64,000 nt of DNA from Carcharhinus amblyrhynchos (GCA_965287045.1 OZ336877.1:47864001-47928000); one strand, 5' to 3'. Numbered from the stretch's first letter, positions 38,566 to 51,010 are shown. Notes: a model not told the origin generated them from the sequence alone. Numbers and translations are program-made.

Positions 38566-38793
38566 GTTTGTGAACGATCTTGCACAGTTTATCTGTTGCC
38601 AGTATTAATTTTCTCCCAAAGTGTGTATTTACTATCACCATGTCCATATGGTGCAATGCGAAGAACATGTTAATGAGGGCTGAGGCAGTCACAAAAATCA
38701 GTGTTATCATCTGCACAAGTGTTATAAATAACTAATGGGATAGTTTCTTGTCAAATGCTGTTAAAGTAAAATTTGTACACTCTGGTTTGTTTA

Positions 38794-40454
38794 ATAAGAA
38801 CATAAGAAATAGGAGCAGGAGTAGGCCATGTAGCCGTTCGAGCCTGCCCCACCATTCAGTAAGATCATGGCTGATCTGAAGTGGATCAGTTCCACTTTCC
38901 CGCTTTCTCCCCATAACCCTTAATTCCCCTGTCCATCAAAAACCTATCTACCCGTGACTTAAATATATTTAGCGAGGTAGCCTCCACCACTTCAACGGGC
39001 AGAGAATTCCAGAGATTCACCACTCTTTGAGTGAAGAAGTTCCTCCTCAACTCTGATCTAAACTGCACCCCCCCCCCCCCCAGCTTATCTTGAGGCTGTG
39101 TCTTCTAGTCCTGCTATCCTTTCTAAGCGGGAAGCATCTCTCTACCTCTACTCTATTCATCCCCTTCATTATCTTATACGTCTCTATAAGATCCCCCTCA
39201 TCCTTCTAAACTCCAATGAGTACAGACCTAGTCTATTTAGTCTCTCTTCATAGTCCAACCCCCTCATCTCCGGTATCAGCCTAGTGAACCTCCTCTGCAC
39301 TCCCTCCAAGGCCAATATATCCTTCTGCAAGTGCAGCGACCAAAACTGCACACAGTGCTCCAGCTGCGGCCTCACCAGTACCCTGTAGAGTTGCAGCAAG
39401 ACCTCCCTACTTTTATATTCTATCCCCCTCGCTATAAAGGCCAACATTCCATTCGCCTTCTTGATCACCTGCTGCACCTGCAGACTGGGTTTTTGCGACT
39501 CGTGCACAAGGACCCCCAGGTCACTTTGCACCGTAGCATGCTGCAGCTTTTTGCCTTTTAAATAATAATCCCTCCTACTATTATTTCTGCCAAAGTGGAA
39601 AACTTCACACTTGCTAACATTATACTCCATCTGCCAGCTCCTCGCCCATTCGCTCAGCCTGTCCAGATCTCTCTGCAGACTTTCCACACCCTCCACGCAA
39701 TTTGCTTTTCCACTCATCTTCATGTCATCAGCAAATTTCGTCACCCTACACTCAGCCCCTCCTCCAGATCATTATGTAAACGGTAAGTAGTTGAGGCCCC
39801 AGCACCAATCCCTGTGGCACTCCACTAGTCACCAACCGCCAACCAGAATAGCACCCATTGATACTAACTCTCTGCTTCCTATTAGACAGCCAATCCTCTA
39901 TCCATGCTAACACCTTACCCCCAACTCAGTGCACCCTAACCTTCTGAAGCAAACTTTTGTGAGGCACCTTATCAAACGCCTTTTGGAAATCTAAAAACAC
40001 CACATCCACAGGTTCCCCTCTGTCTACCGCACTAGTCACATCCTCATAGAAATCCAATAAATTCATCAAACACGACTTCCGTGCTGCATCTGCTCGATCA
40101 AACCATTCTTTTCTAGGTGCCTCGCTATTGCTTCTTTGATGACGGATTCTAGCATTTTTCCAACTACAGACGTTAAACTAACCGGCCTATAATTCCCTGC
40201 CTTTTGTCTGCTACCTTTTTTAAACAGCGGTGTAACATTAGCCATTTTCCAATCTTCCGGCACTTACCCAGAGTCCAGCGAGTTTTGATAAATAATTACT
40301 AAGGCATCCACTATCACCTGTGCCGTTTCTTTCAGAACCCTGGGATGCATTCCATCCGGTCCTGGGGACTTGTCCACCTTCAGTCCCATTAGTTTATCAA
40401 GCACTTCCTCTCTAGTGACAATAATCGCATTCAGGCCCTCAACTCCTAATAGTC
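38794..40454 (-). mobile_element. CR1 family A-related copy, 5'-truncated and frameshifted
   Basis: ORFs 40264, 40066, 39184 and 38886 are successive ORF2 pieces; family A tail. Confidence 0.92.
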
Positions 40455-41014
40455 GAGCTTCCATGCAAATGTGAAATCTCTCTCCCTTTCCCTTCAAACC
40501 TGTGTATGAAAGATCAAAACAATGAAACACATGATAAGTTAGGAAAGGGCATATTAAGTAATAGCACATCTAAGATTAGATTTCTGATATCAGGGCACAG
40601 CAAATAGAGCAGGAGTAGACCATACAGCTTTTGGAGTCTGCTCCCCTCAATGACCATGGCTGATTCTCAACTTCAGCTCCACTTTCCTGTATGATCCTAT
40701 GTCAAGCTGTTGCTTAACTAGTTTGTGGGACAGCGCTCCCAATTTTTGCAGAAGCCCCCAAGTGTTAGTAAGGAGGACTTTGCAGGGCCGACACGACTGG
40801 TTTTACTCTTGTCATTCACGCCACACAAATGCTAGTCGAGAGAGTAGACTTGGAATTCCATGACATTGACTCTGGATCTCATGAAATCTCGGCATCAGGT
40901 CAAATATTGTGGTATTCATACTATTTTGGTTTTATATGTGCTGAGGTGCTGTGTCCTCTTGCTGGAGAGTCTCAGACTAGGGGCACAGTCACAGGAAAAG
41001 GTGTTGGCTATTTA

Positions 41015-41277
41015 GGACTGTATATGATTGTGCCACCATCTCCGGTGAGTCTGTCTAGCTGATGGGACAGGACACACCCAGAGAGAGTGATGGTGGAGTC
41101 TGGAACATTGTCTGTAAGGTATGATTTGATGAGTATGACTGTGTCAGGCTGATGCTTGACTAATTTGTGGGACAGGTCTCCTAATTTTTGCAGAAGTCCC
41201 CAAATGTTACTTGGAGGACTTTGCAGGGTCAACACGACTGGTTTTACTGTCGTCATTCGCGCCACACAGATGCCAGA
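41015..41277 (-). mobile_element. LINE ORF2 N-terminal endonuclease fragment, partly duplicated at 40700-40836
   Basis: ORF 41008-41280: NIWGL..KLGDLSH..QPD.VIL..SYL..DR..GGT is the APE N-terminus. Confidence 0.75.
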
Positions 41278-42016
41278 CAATGACCATCACCAATAAGAGA
41301 CAATCAAACCACTCCCCCTTGACATTCAATAATGTTACCATCACTGAATTCCCCCATTGTCAACAGTTTTAGGGTTACCATTGACCAGAAACTCAACTGG
41401 ACTCACTCCTAAACACAGTGGCTACAAGAGCACGTCAGAGGCTAGGAATACTGTGGCAAGTAACTCACCTCCTGACTCCCAAAGCCTGTCCACCATCTAC
41501 AAGACATAAATCAGGAGTGTAGTGAATAGTCCCCACTTGCCTGGATGGGTGCAGCTCCAATATTCTTAAGAGTTTGTCACCATCCAGGATCAAGCAGCCC
41601 GCTTGATTGGCACCACATCTACAAACATCCACTCCCTTCACCACCGACGCTCAGTAGCAGCAATATGTACTATCTACAAGATGCACTGCAAAAATTCACC
41701 AAAGATCCTTGGACAGCACTTTCCAAATCCACAACCACTTCCATCTAGGAGGACAAGGGCAGTAGATACGTGGGAACATCAGCACCTGCAAATATTCCTT
41801 CAAGCCACTCATCACCCTGGCTTGGAAATATATTGCTGTTCCTTTGCAGCTGCTGGGTCACAATCTTGAAATTCCCATCTTAAGGGCTTTGTGGGTCAAC
41901 TCACAGCATGTGATCTTAAGTGGTTCAAGAAAGCACTCATCACCTTAAGGGCAACTACAGAAGAGCAATAAATGCTGGCCAGTAGCAGAGCCAATGTCTC
42001 ACGAATGAATAAAAAC
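41278..42016 (+). mobile_element. LINE family C 3' part
   Basis: NIHSLHHRRSVAAICTIYKMHC in ORF 41603; tail GGGCAAC..CAATAAATGCTGGCC..ACGAATGAATAAAAA. Confidence 0.8.
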
Positions 42017-42094
42017 ATTTTTGTCCAGGTCAACACCAGCGGTTCCTTCTCATTTCATTCTTTACAGACTTTTCTATAGCAGTTTGGTGCAACT

Positions 42095-42403
42095 GAATTG
42101 CTTGTTAGATCATTTGAAAGGACAATTAAGAATCAGTCACATTGCTGTGGGTCTGAAGTCACATGTAGGCCAGATCGGGTGAGATTTCCTTCCCTCAAGG
42201 GCATTAGTGAACTGTTGGGTTTTTGATGACAATCAACAATGATTTCAGGGTCCACTGTAGCTGAGCTTAGCCTTTCATTCCAGATTTTTAAGTTGAATTT
42301 AAACTCCATCAGCTGCCATGATGGATTTTGAACTTGCTTCCAAAACATTAGCATGGGCCTCTGGAATATTAGTTCAGTGACTTTACCACCATGCCACTGC
42401 CTC
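42095..42403 (-). mobile_element. tRNA-headed SINE, third copy
   Basis: Shares GTCACATGTAGGCCAGA..GATTTCCTTCCCT..CATTAGTGAAC with the 3349 and 32820 copies. Confidence 0.75.
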
Positions 42404-42679
42404 TTGCAGCTGCACTTGGAGCCCACTTAACATTCTTAATTGGATGATAAATCATCATGTACCCAATTTAGCCACTGCCTGCAATACAATCACTGAACTA
42501 GTTCTTGTGCCAGCCAGTGTGTGCTTTGTATCCACTTTTTGGCCTGACTCAGGGATTTGAAGCCTGAGGTAAAATTCAGCTCTTTGTGTCTGCTCATAGT
42601 GGAAAACATAAAAGCAATGCCAGATATATTGTGAAACAAGAGCCTGATGAGAGTCAGGAATTTAAAGTAATTTTGCCCA

Positions 42680-43420
42680 AAACATATGCTTAATGTCTCT
42701 GCCTTTTCTAATCCCCATTATAATTTATCCTGTCCCAGCTCAAGGGGATCCATACTTTTGCTGCTCTCTTCATTTGTTGAAGCTCTTAGGATTTGTATTT
42801 ATATTTCTCGCTTGTGTAATTTTGAACTATTTTCTTCCTCTTGATCAGCTTTTTTCCCATCCTTTGCTGCTTTCTAAAGCATTCCTAATCCTTGGGTTTA
42901 CTGTTCTTGGCAACATTATAAGCCTATTATTTTAATCTAATACTGTTCTTAATGTTGTTAGTTATCCATGGACTTTTCCCATGGCATTTCCTTTCTCCCT
43001 TGTTCTTGGAAGCCATTCCATGAACTCATCCTCCAAACTGCTATTGTTGCTTTGATTTTCATCCTAAATGAATTCGAAGTTCCCACGTGATTAATGCATT
43101 ATTCGTGCTACAAGCTCCTTTTATTCCTTAATTGATACTCTCTCCAATAAAATGAATACTGTTAGGGTTCTTATAAACCACTTGCACTAATCTTCCTGCT
43201 TCTTGTTATTTCTTATCATCACATATACCGATGCTGCTTCCTGCTCTTCTGAACCAAAATCCACTTTCTCTACTGTCGTGAGATTTTTAATTATCAAAGC
43301 TAACCACCACTGCCATCATCCCCCGTCCCTGCCAACTCCTCCACCTCCCGCCACCTCCCCACCAACCTTTTCCATTTTTTCTGCCTTTTTGAAACTTCAT
43401 AGTGTAATTTACTCCTGAGT
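42680..43420 (-). mobile_element. Decayed CR1 endonuclease region
   Basis: Minus-strand VVY..PNS motif near 43155-43180 and a GGGV-like motif near 43320. Confidence 0.5.
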
Positions 43421-43905
43421 TGTTAGAAACAAGAGTTAATCACACCCAAGGTGTGCTGTTTGCATGCAGTTTCCTGTGGTAAGATCATTATCATATCTAT
43501 TTACAGAGTTAGACTTTGCAGGAAGTCTGATGATGGTTGGAAAGGGACTGTTGTAGAGCCAGTGAAATTTAAAGAGACAATTAAAGGGAAGTGCCAAGCC
43601 ATGAAGACAGACAAAGACCTCTTTGAAAAAGCCTTTGATAAGATTGAAGTGGCAGAGGGACAAGGTGTGTCGGATGGTAATTAAGTGAAAAGAAAATCCA
43701 AGGTGCTGTTATGATCCTGCAAGTAAATTATGGTGCAGCTCAGCATCTGTTTGAAGGTGGTGGTGCTTGAGGTAGTTGCAAGGAAAATAGCTTCTTGGCT
43801 GCTCCAGGACACTGTTCCCATAGGTCACTATTGCAGTATGTCAGGAAGGAGACAGGCACACGTTTGCTGCCACAGGTGACTGGTCTTCGCGTTGTCAATG
43901 GCAGT

Positions 43906-44088
43906 CATGATGTGGAGATGCCAGCGTTGGACTGGGGTAAACACAGTAACAGGTTTATTTAGTAGTAAACATCACTAGCTTTCGGAACGCTGTTCCTTCA
44001 TCAGGTGATGAAGTTCTGAAAAGCTAGTGGCGTTTACTACCAAGTAAATCTGTTGGACTTAAACCTGGTCTTGTGAGACTTCTTACAG
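43906..44088. repeat. Penelope-type palindromic terminal repeat
   Basis: Inverted arms AACAGGTTTATTTAGTAGTAAAC..CACTAGCTTT / AAAGCTAGTG..GTTTACTACCAAGTAAATCTGTT. Confidence 0.75.
43970..44010 (-). ncRNA. Minimal type I hammerhead ribozyme motif
   Basis: Minus strand reads CAUCAC-CUGAUGA-A-GGAAC-AGC-GUUCC-GAA-AGCU-A-GUGAUG: 6-bp stem I, 5-bp stem II, both core boxes, palindromic loop-less stem III. Confidence 0.6.
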
Positions 44089-44089
44089 T

Positions 44090-44900
44090 TATTCTTTGCT
44101 GCGTAGTAGTAACAGGTGTTCTTGTTGCCAAAAGCGATATTGAACCTGCTTCTCTGATAATGAGGACTCTAGACAGACAATTCTGCAGGTGTGTTTTCCA
44201 GTATTTTGATGCCTGTAGTCCCTGAGACTACGTTGAACGACTTTCAAGCAACATCACTGAATGCTTGACATGTTTTTGTAAGGTATTCCTGAGTTAACAT
44301 CCAGCATTACAATTAGTCAGTGTAAGGAAATCTTTTCAATGAAAATGATTACTTGTGATTCAGGCTTGAGAGATGTTATCCAAACACAAGTTTACTCCTC
44401 AGATACCAACAGTACAATAACTATCACAATAGACTTCTAAAGCCTGGTTTCCTAAAAACATAAGATGATCAAGCTTAACTTGTGCAGATGTTGGTTGTGC
44501 GGTGGCCCATGAGCTCTGAGTTTAGAGGAGCTGTTCTCTGATTTTCTACAACCTACTTTGTGAATCATACCACCCGATGTCAGAGTGTATTTTGAAGTCC
44601 GGTATTTTCTTGCCAGAATTCTAGATTTGAACATTATAAAGTGCAGTCCTGGATCCAGACATATTCACAAGGATGTAGCCAATATGTCTGCTGTAGTTTC
44701 TAACTTTTTCTGACTAATCTCTGATGTCAACTCTAACCATGCACATTAAGGTGTGGTTACCTTTGGAACACAAAAAAATTCTAATAATCAAGCATCTACA
44801 TTTTGTTGTTGTGCCAATGGGTTTCCTATCGTGGCCTCAGTTGACAGTTATACCCTCTGCTTGCATACATTGTCTGCCAAACTGAGGTACGCAGAGCTGT
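44090..44900 (-). mobile_element. Probable decayed RTE RT fragment
   Basis: Faint minus-strand similarity to the RTE C-terminal region (I..LE....CL; EAGSIS). Confidence 0.4.
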
Positions 44901-44906
44901 GTCTGT

Positions 44907-46238
44907 AAACATAGAACATTACAGCGCAATACAGGCCCTTCACCCACAATGTTGTGCTGAGCTATGTCCAATCCAAGATCAAGCTATCCCATTCCCTGTA
45001 ATTCTGGTGTGCTCCATGTGCCTATCCAATAACTGCTTGAAAGTTCCTAAAGTGCCCAACTCCACTATCACAGTAGGCGGTTTATTCCACACCCCAATCA
45101 CACTCTGAGTGAAGAATCTACCTCGGATATAGCTCCTATATCTCCCACCATGAACCTTATAGTTATGCCCCCTAGTAACAGCTATATCCACTCAAGGAAA
45201 TAGTACCTGCATGTCCACTCTATCAATCCCTCTTATCGTCTTATAAACCTCTATTAAGTCACCTCGCACCCTCCTCCGCTCCAAAGAGAAAAGCCCCAGC
45301 TCCCTCAACCTTTCCTCATAAGACCTACCCTCCAAACCAGGCAGCATTCTGGTAAATCTCTTCTGCATTCTCTCCAATACTTCCACATCCTTCTTATAAT
45401 GAGGTGACCAGAACTGAACACAATATTCCAAATGTGGTCTCATCAACGTCTGGTATAGTTGCAGCATAACCCCACGGCTCTTAAACTCAAACCCCCTGTT
45501 AATAAACGCTTACACACTATAAGCCTTCTTCACGGCTCTATCCACTTGAGTGGCAATCTTCGGAGATCTGTGGATATGAACCCCCAAGATCTCTCTGTTC
45601 CTCCACATTCCTCAGAACCCTGCCATTGACCCTGTAATCTGCATTCAAGTTTATCCTACCAAAATGAATCACCTCACACTTATCAGGGTTAAACTCCATC
45701 TGCCACTTTTCGGCCCAGCTCTGCATCCTATCAATGTCTCTTTGCAGCCTGCAAGAGCCCTCCACCTCATCCACTACTCCACCAATCTTGGTGTCATCAG
45801 CAAATTTACTAACCCGCCCTTCAGCCCCCTCTTCCAAGTCATTGATAAAAATCACAAATAGCAGAGAACCCAGCACTGATCCCTGTGGTACACCACTGGT
45901 AACTGGCCTCCAGTCTGAAAATTTTCCTTCCACCACCATCCTCTCTCTTCTATGAGACAGCCTATTACTTATCCAATTGGCCAAATTTCCTTCTATCCCA
46001 CACATCCTTATCTTCTTCATGATCCTACCATGGGGAACCTTATCAAATGCCTTACTAAAATCCATGTATATGACATCAACTACTCTACCTTCGTCCACAC
46101 ACTTAGTTACCTCCTCAAAGGATTCAATCAAATTTGCGAGGCAGGACTTACCCCTCATGAAACCGTGCTGACTATCTCAGATTAAACTGCATCTTTCCAA
46201 ATGGTCATAAATCCTATCTCTCAGGATCCTTTCCATTA
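44907..46238 (-). mobile_element. CR1 LINE, 5'-truncated (another family)
   Basis: ORFs 45538-46158 (DFSKAFD, GVPQGS, FADD), 45192-45467 and 44979-45191; tail at 44907. Confidence 0.93.
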
Positions 46239-46422
46239 ACAAAGTAAAACAGTACAAAAGTATTGATGAGTTGGTGCAGAATGCTTACGGTGCAGGCTAA
46301 CGTGCTTGGTATCTCTCCATTCTTTCTCCCCCTCTTCGGGGGGAGAAAGTTGGGGGAACTTCTTTGAGACATCCATTGACAGCAGTATTGTTGGCAATAA
46401 AAGACACAAATTGGCACAAAGT

Positions 46423-46952
46423 ACCTGCGCAAAGATATTTTGGCCTTGGAGGGAGTGCAGAGGAGGTTTACTAGGCTGATACCGGAGTTGAGGGGGTTGA
46501 TCTATGAGGAGAGGCTGAATAAACTAGGCTTGTACTCGTTAGAGTTTAGAAGAATGAGGGGAGATCTCATTGAGACGTATAAGATGATGAATGGGATGGA
46601 TAGGATGGAGGTGGAGAGACTCTTCCCGCTCAAAAAAGACAGTAGGACTAGGGGGCACAGCCTCAAGATAAAGGGGGGGCGGTTTAGAACGGAGTTGAGG
46701 AGGAACTTCTTCACTCAAAGGGTGGTGAATCTCTGGAATTCTCTGCCCGTTGAAGTGGTGGAGGCTGCCTCGCTAAATATTTTTAAGACGCGGGTTGATG
46801 GGTTTTTGATAAGCGAGGGGATTAAGGGTTATAGGGAGAGGGCGGAAAGGTGGAACTGAGCCGCGACAGATCAGCCATGATCTTATTGAATGGCGGGGCA
46901 GGCTCGAAGGGCTAGATGGCCTACTCTTGCTCCTATTTCTTATGTTCTTATG
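46423..46952 (+). mobile_element. CR1 family A, 5'-truncated young copy
   Basis: ORF 46440-46859 is nearly identical to the family A C-terminus; same tail. Confidence 0.95.
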
Positions 46953-47014
46953 AATGCTGGGAGAAAAATAAGCAAAACAAAATACTAAAAACAAATAGAA
47001 ACTAAACTTTTTTC

Positions 47015-47185
47015 TCATTCATGGGATAAGGATGTCATTGGCTGGCTGGCATTTATTGCCCATTCCTAGTTGCCCTTGAGAAGGTGTTGGTGAGCTGCCA
47101 CCTTGAATTGCTGCAGTCCATGTGATGTGGGTTGACCCACAATAGGGAGAGAATTCCAGGATTTTGACCCAGCGGCTGTGAAGGA
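47015..47185 (-). mobile_element. LINE family C 3' end
   Basis: AAGSKSWNSLP..LQQFKVAAHQHLLKGN in ORF 47066-47266, plus tail. Confidence 0.8.
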
Positions 47186-48936
47186 ACTCCATTTATGTTT
47201 TATCGTCCTGTCCTTTAAATAAACTTCTATATGCCACTTGTAACTAATCCTACCTGGGATATCCATTTAAGACTGTCATAATTCAGAATGGATGGCCTTG
47301 GTCCATATTGTTGCATTTAAATGGAGCTTTTCCTTCCTGCCTTACACAAATTTTAGTGACCAGAAATTTGCCTGTGATGTGATGTGGCTGAAGATCCAAC
47401 GTATCTCTCCCCACTTTCTAATTAGCTAAACCGGATTGTAAAATAATTCACATTGAGTATTTTGCAGACCTTGATGTAAATTATTTAATCAAATTCAGTA
47501 ACAACAATCAAGAATCCTGTAGCAACAAGTCTAGTCTACTTAATCATTTATATCACAAAAGCTTTCTTTAAATTGTGGGAAGAACCTATCGATTGGAATG
47601 ATTTATATACAAGATTTAGCAGCACTGAAAATGTTCAGCTGTTCCCTTTTATGTGTCTATTTGAGACAGAATTGATCTAATTGAGCCACAGATTTCATAT
47701 TCTTTTGATCATTCCGGTTCCTGGCTTTTCAGCTCATTTATTTTAATTAGCATTCGCATGTAAGATGCAAAACAACTTGTTTCATTATTGATCTGTACTT
47801 AAAACCATCATTCATTAATGCATAGGAACATCTTTGCCTATTACCATTGTAATATTAACAACATTGCATTTCAGGTGTACTGCAGTATTTTCAGCATTTT
47901 CATTCCTCCAAATCCAGTTGGATCACAAGGAATGGAATAGCTATGAAACATAAGGTTGTTGCAGTCCAGTGTGTGTTGCAACCTTATATAATTGACTGAT
48001 TTAATTATCGTTGTTTATGTGCATTTTTATTAATCTAGCTGGAATTGGGTTTATCACAGAAAATTAAGCAATTTAACCAAAAGTTCAAATTAGATACTGC
48101 AGAAGAAAGAGATATTGATGCTTCTGACTTATTACAAGCAGATCGTTTCATGAGACACTTAGAATTCATGAGTTTGCCTTTACCAGATTCATGCTAATGA
48201 TAGCTTGGATTTTGACTTTACAGAAATCAAAAGAAGCATAGCATAGATGTGGCTTTGCTGTCAGAGACTCACTGCTGCTTTAAACTTGCATATGTATTTC
48301 TCTGGTTCGTGCGTACTTATTCTGTCTTCAGATCCATTATAATGGAAGGTGTTATTTTAGTAACCTTTTTTGCCTGTGTGAAAAGAGGGTGTGTTCTCTG
48401 GGACATTTAATGGCTTACACTTAGAACTAAACTACCAGTTTGCATTTATCAGGGAAATAAAGAACTTTTGACCCCAAGATAATTCTTGGTGTTTCAAAAA
48501 AAACTCTCCTCCATTTATTCAGTTTTCTTGTGTTCTGTTCAGAATATTCATCAATGTTTAGGTGAAAAATTTTAAATGACATAACATAGATAATATGTAC
48601 AGGCTATTAATGAGACCTCTCACTGAAGAAAGTGACTGCTCAATTGCTTTCCTTAAAACTTTTTAATTTGCACTTAATAATCTCAAACAGCAGAGAGAGC
48701 AGCAGAATACAGATCTCTCAGAGCAGTAAAGTTGAAGGTTCAGCAGATTGTATGTACTTCTTCACTAAAAATAATGGATTTCCTTAATTGTTTACTCTAT
48801 ATTGCCTGATGGTTATGCAACATTTACTCAACCAAGAGTCTGGCCATGTATTTAAAAGGAGTTTGAGCGGTGGAGACTTTACAAGCCTAAAATATGAAAG
48901 ACATCCTGCTTTGGGTGCAGATTGAAGTGAAGCTTT

Positions 48937-49051
48937 AGGCTGGGATTTTCTGGCCTGCCAGCAGTCTGCATTGTCACTTAAGCCATTAACAACTCTCCAA
49001 ATTTTCCATCCCACCTGTGAGGATGCCCATTGGAACTGAAAAATCCTGCCC
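48937..49051. mobile_element. MITE of the same TIR class
   Basis: AGGCTGGGATTTTC ... AAAAATCCTGCCC. Confidence 0.55.
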
Positions 49052-49135
49052 ATAGTTCACATTTCTGCTCCATCTTATTTGCATAATCACAAACATAAGA
49101 TTTATCATGAACCAACACAGTCTGGCAGCATTTTC

Positions 49136-49427
49136 TCATAGAATCCTACAGTGCAGAAGGAGGCCATTCGGCTCATCGGGTCTGCAATGACCACAATCCC
49201 AACCAGGCTCTATCCCTATGACCCCATGCATTTATTGTAGCTAGTCCCCCTGACACTGAGGGACAATTTAGCATGGCCGATCCATCTAACCCGCACATCT
49301 TTGGACTGAGAGAGGAAACTGGAGTACCTGGAGGAAACTCACACAGACACAGGGAGAATGTACAAACTCCACATAAACAGTGACCCAAGCTAGGAATCAA
49401 ACCCAGCTTCCTGCACTGTGCCACCCC
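49136..49427 (-). mobile_element. HE1-type V-SINE
   Basis: Colinear with 58750-59080. Confidence 0.88.
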
Positions 49428-49919
49428 ATTTTAGATGTAATGGTTTGCTGTAAAATGTAACTTTTTTCTCCTGGCTTAAAATAAGTCCTCCATATATCTA
49501 AGTGTGGTAACCATGTACATTTTTATTAATGTAGCTGGAATTGGGTTTATCACAGAAAATTAAGCAATTTAACCAGTGTGTCTAATGCACCAACTGTGAG
49601 TAATCTGATCTTAAATAACTGAAGAGACTTTAAAAGAAACCTATGCTGAACCATTGACTAGTTTCATTGCTGTATGTTAATCAGTTTCTCAGCAACTGTA
49701 ATCATTTTCATTTCAGTGCTTATAAAAAGTGCCACTACACCTAAACAAAACCACTTCATTTGAATAGCCTCCTGAAAGGGCCACAAATGAGATAATTGGT
49801 GGAAAATCACCAAATTCATTCACTCAATCAGGTGGCCTGGCCAGTTTTGAGAGTGGGCCTGTCTTCCAGCACAACATGTTTTCAATGGGAAAGAATGGAT
49901 CTGGGCCAAATAAATTAAA

Positions 49920-51010
49920 GTCAAAGGCTGGTAGGAACACGGTAGTTGATCAATGGGCCAGCTTCAAAGAAGAGATGATTCAGACACACTCAAAGTATAT
50001 TCCCTCATATGGAAATGGTAACACCAACAAATCCAGAACTCAATGGATGACAAAGGAAATAGAAATTAAGATAAAGAAGTAAAAGTGTGTTTATGATAGC
50101 TGTCAGGTAGAAAATACAATTGAAAATCAAGCTGAATACAGATGGTTCAGAGGGGAAGTGAATAAGCAGATAAGAAAAGCAAACAAGAAGTATGAAAAGA
50201 GACTGGAAGCTAGCATAAAAGAGAATCCCAAATTCTTCAAGAGGCATCTAAATAGTAAAAATGCAGCAAGAGGAGAAGTGGGCCTGTTTGGGGGTTTGCA
50301 CTGCTGCCTCACAGTGCCAGGGATCTGGGTTTGATTCCAGTCTTGGGTGACTGTGTGGAATGAAGACTGTGTGTCTGCACGAGGTTCCTTCAGGTGTTCT
50401 GGTTTCCTTCCATAGACCAGGTTAGGTGGATTTGTCATGCTAAGTTGCCCCTAAGTGTCCAAAGGTGTATAGATTAGGTAGGTTGATTAGCCATGGTAAA
50501 TGTGTGGAGCTACGGGGATAGGGCGGGCGCTGGGCCTGGGAAGATGCTGTTTGGCGAGTCGATGCAGACTTGATGAGCCAAACGTGTCCTCCTTCGGCAC
50601 TGCAGGGATTCTATGAAGGATGTGAAGGTGTGAGAAAGAGTGCAGAAAAAATTCATGATAATGGTTCGATTTGACAGAAGTATTCAGAATCATGAGGAGT
50701 CAGGACAGAGTAATTAGCGAGAACCTGTTCCTACTTGTGAAAGGATTGAGAAGGACACAGAGTTAAAATAATTAATAAAAGAAGTGGAATAAGGAGAAAT
50801 ATTTTCACAGAGCAAGTGGTTGAGGTTTGGAGTACATTGCGTGGGAGCGTGGTGAAGGCAGGTTTACCACACTCAAAGACTCCTCTGAAAAGGAAAGATG
50901 GGCAGAAGATGGGGGAAATGGTACCTTAAGTGAGTTGCTCATTCGAAGAGCCAGTGCAGACACAGTGTGTCAAATGGCCTCCTGTGGCATAACAATCCGT
51001 GATTCTCTCT
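49920..51010 (+). mobile_element. Decayed CR1 pieces with a V-SINE inserted at about 50297-50615
   Basis: QWASFKEEM..WMTKEI in ORF 49876; V-SINE core at 50380-50470; CR1 3' region at 50660-51010. Confidence 0.75.

Larger units (their letters stand above)
48017..49575 (+). repeat. 63-bp dispersed direct repeat (48017-48079 and 49513-49575)
   Basis: ATGT(G/A)CATTTTTATTAAT(C/G)TAGCTGGAATTGGGTTTATCACAGAAAATTAAGCAATTTAACCA; 2 mismatches. Confidence 0.9.
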
